A stretch of 64,000 nt of DNA from assembly GCA_963696385.1 (NCBI GenBank), contig CAVOKF010000003.1:256001-320000 (forward strand), read 5' to 3'. This document shows positions 59,523 through 64,000 of the stretch, piece by piece. Both the position numbers and the translations under genes were made by a program. Within the stretch, counting starts at the first letter, position 1. Every line of letters begins with the position of its first letter. Source of the stretch: an uncultured delta proteobacterium (lineage in GTDB: Bacteria; Myxococcota_A; Polyangia; Polyangiales; Polyangiaceae). Under the pieces are notes generated by a model, which saw only the letters and a program-made list of their open reading frames with translations, did not search any database and was not told the origin of the DNA.

Positions 59523-61759
59523 TTACCGCGCTTGATAGGGGGCCGGGTCCACGTGAATCGTGTGCAGGGCGGCGAGCTTGTCGTCGAATGCGGAGCGCAT
59601 TTCCGCAAATTTCGCTCTATCGTGGGAGATGTCGGTGAGTTCGCCCGGGTCCCTTTCCAAATCAAAGAGAAAAAACCAAGCGGGACCTTCGGACATGAGC
59701 TTCAGACCCGGAGTCTTTCCGTGGATGATCGCGCGGTGCTGGGAAACCTGCGGACCGGCCGGCATGTCCATATAAACGTCGCGCTCCTCCAGCGAGGACG
59801 CGTCCGACGAGAGGATGTCGTGGGCCGCGCTTTGACCGGACAGCTCCCCCGCACTCGGCGGCGGCAGGCCCAAAACGTCCAGGACCGTCGGGACCAGATC
59901 CACCAGACTGCGCTTCACTGGGACGCGATGGGGCGTCAGGCCCGGGACGTACAACACGAGGGGTACGCGTACGAGCGGTTCCCACAAATCCACGCCGTGC
60001 CAATTCATGCCGTGCTCGTCAAATGCCTCGCCGTGATCGGCCGTGACCACGATCGCGGTCTTCGGGCCCCACGGTTGCGACGCGACAAAGTCGAGAAGGC
60101 GGCCGATGTGATGATCCGTGTACCAAACCTCGCCGTCGTACAGCGGCTTGGACCACCCCTTCGCACCGGGTCGGAAGTCAGGGGCTTCCGGATGCGCGAC
60201 GTAGTTCGCGTGCGGATCGAAATAGTGAACCCACAGAAAGAAGCGACCGTCGACGTCCGAGGGCGCGGCCAGCAGGCGGATCGCGGCGTTCGTCAGATCG
60301 GCGCTCGTCACCGCCGAGTCGACGTCGCGGGAGCTTTCGCGCGGCATCGCCGACAAGTCCCAGACGTCCATTCCTTGCGTCAGCCCGTATTTCGGCTGAA
60401 AATACCAATGCGACGCCGCGCCCATCGTGTGGAAGCCGGCGGCGTGAAGCCGTTCCGCGAGAAACGTGTTGCCCGCGAAATACGTGTCGAAGTGCGCACC
60501 GTCGCGCAGGCATTCGCTCGGATACCGTCCGATCATTGTCGGGGCCACGCTCTTGCCCGTGTACGACGCCATGGAATAAGCGCGATCAAACACCGTGGAC
60601 CGAGCCGCTAGCGCATCGAGATTCGGCGAGACCGGCCGCGGGTAGCCCATGAAGCCCAGGTCGATCCGGAGCGTATCGACGGTGATGAGGACCAAGTTGA
60701 GATCACGCGGGAACGCGAAGGGCGCCGCGTGGGACACGGCTTGCGTGCGGGGTGCGGGCAAATCGGCACCCGAACAGTCCTCGTCAATGCCGTTTCCGGG
60801 GATGTCGATCGCGTAGGGCGACCGCGTAGGGTCGGCATCGTCGCAATCTCCCCCCCGAACAGCGCCGACGCTCCGTCGTTATCGCGGTCGGTCGCCCGTC
60901 GCGCCAGCGCGAGCCCGAGGTGGCCGAGCGAGGCACTTGATTCGATCGCCTGCGCAGTCTGTGGATTCACCGACAGCTCGTAGGCTTCGTGCACGACGAG
61001 TGTCCACGACCCGATAACGGCCAAGCCACCGACCGCGACCTGCACTGCGCCGCCGCTTCGAGAGACGTCGCCGACGATCGAACGCTCTGCGAGCGACGCC
61101 GCCAGCGCAATCCCGACCATCGCGATGACCGGAAACAAGTCGAGCTCCGGGCGAGCCAGCACACCGAAGATCGCAAGCAAGCCAAAGCCATTGCCGCTAG
61201 CGTCGCCGGTGCGGATGCCAATCAGCGTGGCGGCGGCGGCGTACGTCAGACCGCACCCGGCAGCGAGGAACGGATTCACCGAACCAATCACCGAACGGCT
61301 CAGCACAGGCAGCACCGCAAACGCCGCGGCCGACCCGAACACCAGGAAGACGACCGACACGACCGCCGCCTCGACACCCGACGCCGGCGGTTCTCCGAAG
61401 GCGAATGCGGATCGAGCGGCGTGGGCCGATCCGACCAGCCAAGCCATCGTGACCGGAGGCGCCACGAGCGCGATGGAGGCCGCCCACGCGCGTCGCCGCC
61501 CGCGGAGCGCCGCGAGTGCGGACATGGCAAGACGGATACCCCTACGCCCGTGCGGATCCAGCAGCCCCGCCGATGCCCATACCGCGATGCCCACGGGCGT
61601 CGCGAGCGGCACCAGTACGGCGAAGTCCCCGCACAGTACGCTTCCGAACGACATCGACCACTGTCGCGAAACGCTCCAGGCTTCCGCCATTGCAATGCAG
61701 AGAGCACCGACCAGGGCACCGGCGACGGCGAGCACGACACGGGGAAACCATCGGTTCAT
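59523..61759 (-). pseudogene. Membrane-bound sulfatase-like (LTA synthase/phosphotransferase-like) protein with MopE-type repeat, frameshifted at C7 run 60850-60856
   Basis: TM domain frame ends ...DRDNDGASALFGG; adding one base gives GDCDDADPTRSPYAIDIPGNGIDEDCSG and the catalytic domain, matching the intact upstream paralog. Confidence 0.88.
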
Positions 61760-61769
61760 GGGCGGCGGC

Positions 61770-64000
61770 TCAAGGAAGCGGCGCCGGCGCATCCGGCTTG
61801 ACAGGCACCTCTTTGAGCGTTGCGCGCTTAGCCTGGAGCGCCTGAATCATCGGCCCGAGCCGAGCCTCGTCGCCGGCCAAGTCCTCCAGCTCCGCGGGGT
61901 CGGTCGCGAGGTCATAAAGCTCGTAGTGACGTCCGCCGAAATGGATCAGCTTCAGGCCTGGCGTCACGCCGTGAATGATTGCGCGACGCATGTGCGTGTA
62001 TGGGCCTTCGGGCATGTCCAGGTACACGTCACGTTCTTCGAACGAATCGCCCGGTACGGCCAGCAGGTCGCCCATGGCCGTGCGACCGGAAAGCTCACCG
62101 GGATCAGGCTGTGGGATCCGCATGAGATCAAGCAACGTCGGCACGAGGTCGACGACGCTCCTCTTGACGGGCACATGGTGCGGCGAGAGAAACGGAGCGT
62201 GAATCAGCAGCGGCACGCGCACGAGCGACTCCCAGATTTCGAAACCATGCTGGAACGCGATTCCGTGCTCGCCCATGCTCTCCCCGTGATCGCTCGTCAC
62301 GGCGATGACCGTGTCGTTGCCCCATGGTTGGGCCAGCACATAGTCGACGAGCCGCCCAACCGCTCGATCGGTGAACCACACCTCGCCGTCGTACAACGCA
62401 CGCATTCGCCATCCCGGGGGCTTGGCCGGGTCGGCAAAGTCGGGCGCCCCCTCGTGAGCCACGTATTGGGCATGGGGGTCGAAGTAGTGAACCCAAAGAA
62501 AAAAGCGCTTCGACCCGGCGTTGTCTCTAAGCAATCGGATGGCCGAATCGGTCAACTGCGGACTCGTCGAATTCGTATCCGTATCGGCCTGTCCCGACTT
62601 GGGAACGGCGGACCGGTCGAAAACGTCGAAGCCTCGCGTGAGTCCCCACGGTTCGCGGAAGTACCAGTGCGATGCGGCCCCCATCGTGAAAATTCCGTGG
62701 GCGTGCAGCCGCTCGGCCAAAAATGTGTTGCTGGCGAAGTACCGATTGAAGTGGCCACCGTCGCGTGCCGTCTCACTCGGGTACTTGCCGATGAGCATCG
62801 GCGCCAGCGCCTTGCCAGTGTAGGAAGCCATTGCGTACGCGCGATCGAACACGACACTGCGGGCCGCAAGGACGTCCAGATTGGGCGTCGTAGGCTTGCC
62901 GTAACCCATGAAGCCCAACTCGGACGCCCGCAGCGTATCGATCGTCACCACAATCAGGTTGAGATTGCCGGCGAGGAACGGATTCGGCGACGGACCGGCC
63001 GGCAACGCCGTCGCAGACGCTGTCTTAGATGACACAGGCAGATCGCTTCCCGAGCAATCCTCGTCGATCCCGTTGCCCGGTATGTCGACGGCGGTCGGCG
63101 AGATGCGTGGGTCGTGATCGTTGCAGTCGCCGCCTCCGAAAAAGGGCGACGCTCCGTCACCATCGCGGTCGGTCGCCCTGCGATCGAGATCGAGCGCTAT
63201 CCGCCCGAGCGGCGTTTGGCTCTCGATGAGTCGCGCGATGCTCGACTCCCGCCCGAGCGCAATCGCTTCATGCGCCGTCAGTCCGAGCGACGCGACGACC
63301 ACCGTCGCGGCTGCGAGAAAGGAGGGCCAACGGAGCGATCCCCGCGCCGTCGCAAGAGGTGCGGTCCACGCACAGACCGCTATGGTGGCCAGAGCGACGA
63401 GGGGCCGTAGGTCCAGTTCGTGACGTTTGAGAACGCCAAAGACGGCGAGCGCCGTCGGCCCCTCGCCGCCCGTGTCGCCGAGCACCAAGCCTGTCGCGAT
63501 CACTGCGAAGCCTACCGCCAGTGACGCTCCTCCCGTCACAGCTGGATCGAGCGCCGCGGGCCATCTCGAGGCTGCCGCGGCTAGCCCTCGACGAAGCGAC
63601 GGCAAGGACGCGAGCGCTACGGCCGAGACGGCGACGAGCAAAGCCAAGGAGGTGACCGCCAACGCGACGCCAGCCGCTATCGACACCCCGTGAGCCAGCA
63701 TGACGCGGGCCGCTTGCGCCGTCGCGACCAGCCACGCCGTCGTCGCCACTCCGACAAGGGGCGCAAGCGCAGCGCTGCGCGAACGGCCCAGCACTGGTTC
63801 GGCGCGGAGAGCCGCGATTCGCTCCCATGGGGTGTGGGGCCTATCCGGCTCTAGAAACAGGGACGCGGCAACTGCCGTCGCTCCCACCGCGATCGCGATG
63901 GGGGCGAGCACTCCGAGTTCGGCCACGACGAGCCGGAGAGTCCCCGGCGCGTGGGCCCCCGCGCTCTCGATGGCGGTGTGCGTCTCCGTCAACGCCACGA
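61770..64000 (-). CDS. Membrane-bound sulfatase-like protein with MopE-type repeat (5' end beyond window)
   Basis: Multiple TMs; DRDGDG...GGGDCNDHD...PGNGIDEDCSG; VTIDTLRA, ASYTGK, HYFDPH, TSDHGE. Confidence 0.9.
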   Translation of the reverse strand, partial: VALTETHTAIESAGAHAPGTLRLVVAELGVLAPIAIAVGATAVAASLFLEPDRPHTPWERIAALRAEPVLGRSRSAALAPLVGVATTAWLVATAQAARVMLAHGVSIAAGVALAVTSLALLVAVSAVALASLPSLRRGLAAAASRWPAALDPAVTGGASLAVGFAVIATGLVLGDTGGEGPTALAVFGVLKRHELDLRPLVALATIAVCAWTAPLATARGSLRWPSFLAAATVVVASLGLTAHEAIALGRESSIARLIESQTPLGRIALDLDRRATDRDGDGASPFFGGGDCNDHDPRISPTAVDIPGNGIDEDCSGSDLPVSSKTASATALPAGPSPNPFLAGNLNLIVVTIDTLRASELGFMGYGKPTTPNLDVLAARSVVFDRAYAMASYTGKALAPMLIGKYPSETARDGGHFNRYFASNTFLAERLHAHGIFTMGAASHWYFREPWGLTRGFDVFDRSAVPKSGQADTDTNSTSPQLTDSAIRLLRDNAGSKRFFLWVHYFDPHAQYVAHEGAPDFADPAKPPGWRMRALYDGEVWFTDRAVGRLVDYVLAQPWGNDTVIAVTSDHGESMGEHGIAFQHGFEIWESLVRVPLLIHAPFLSPHHVPVKRSVVDLVPTLLDLMRIPQPDPGELSGRTAMGDLLAVPGDSFEERDVYLDMPEGPYTHMRRAIIHGVTPGLKLIHFGGRHYELYDLATDPAELEDLAGDEARLGPMIQALQAKRATLKEVPVKPDAPAPLP

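Noticed and set aside
61125..63032. 635-aa plus-strand ORF
   Set aside because: Antisense shadow of the sulfatase-like genes

Overview
High-GC bacterial chromosomal segment, most likely from a myxobacterium (Myxococcota, Polyangiaceae-like; inferred from giant TPR proteins, MopE-type repeat 'sulfatases' and a split nuo operon). Housekeeping genes include eno (partial), a DinG/YoaA helicase, an isolated atpD-atpC pair, typA, a RimK ligase, trpBA, gloB, nuoABCD-G-HI (no nuoEF or nuoJ-N), a xylose-type sugar ABC transporter, hisZ-purA, an ECF sigma factor and a chlorite dismutase/ChdC-family protein. I found no rRNA, tRNA, CRISPR array, transposase or phage genes. The main points of interest are: (1) three giant (1600-1800 aa) TPR proteins ending in the same catalytically dead M48/HtpX-like protease domain, one also carrying an N-terminal EAD/Death-like domain and a pseudokinase; (2) three Thr-nucleophile alkaline-phosphatase-superfamily proteins, two of them frameshifted at a 7-nt G/C run that needs 8 nt (phase variation or sequencing error); (3) an uncalled 47-aa membrane microprotein behind a sigma54-type promoter; (4) two distant single-pass proteins sharing a C-terminal SLEDxMRxSV motif; (5) a 65-bp tandem duplication of a gene end and a 166-bp structured REP/MITE-like element; (6) several other degenerate enzymes. 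All family calls come from motif recognition by eye; no searches were run.
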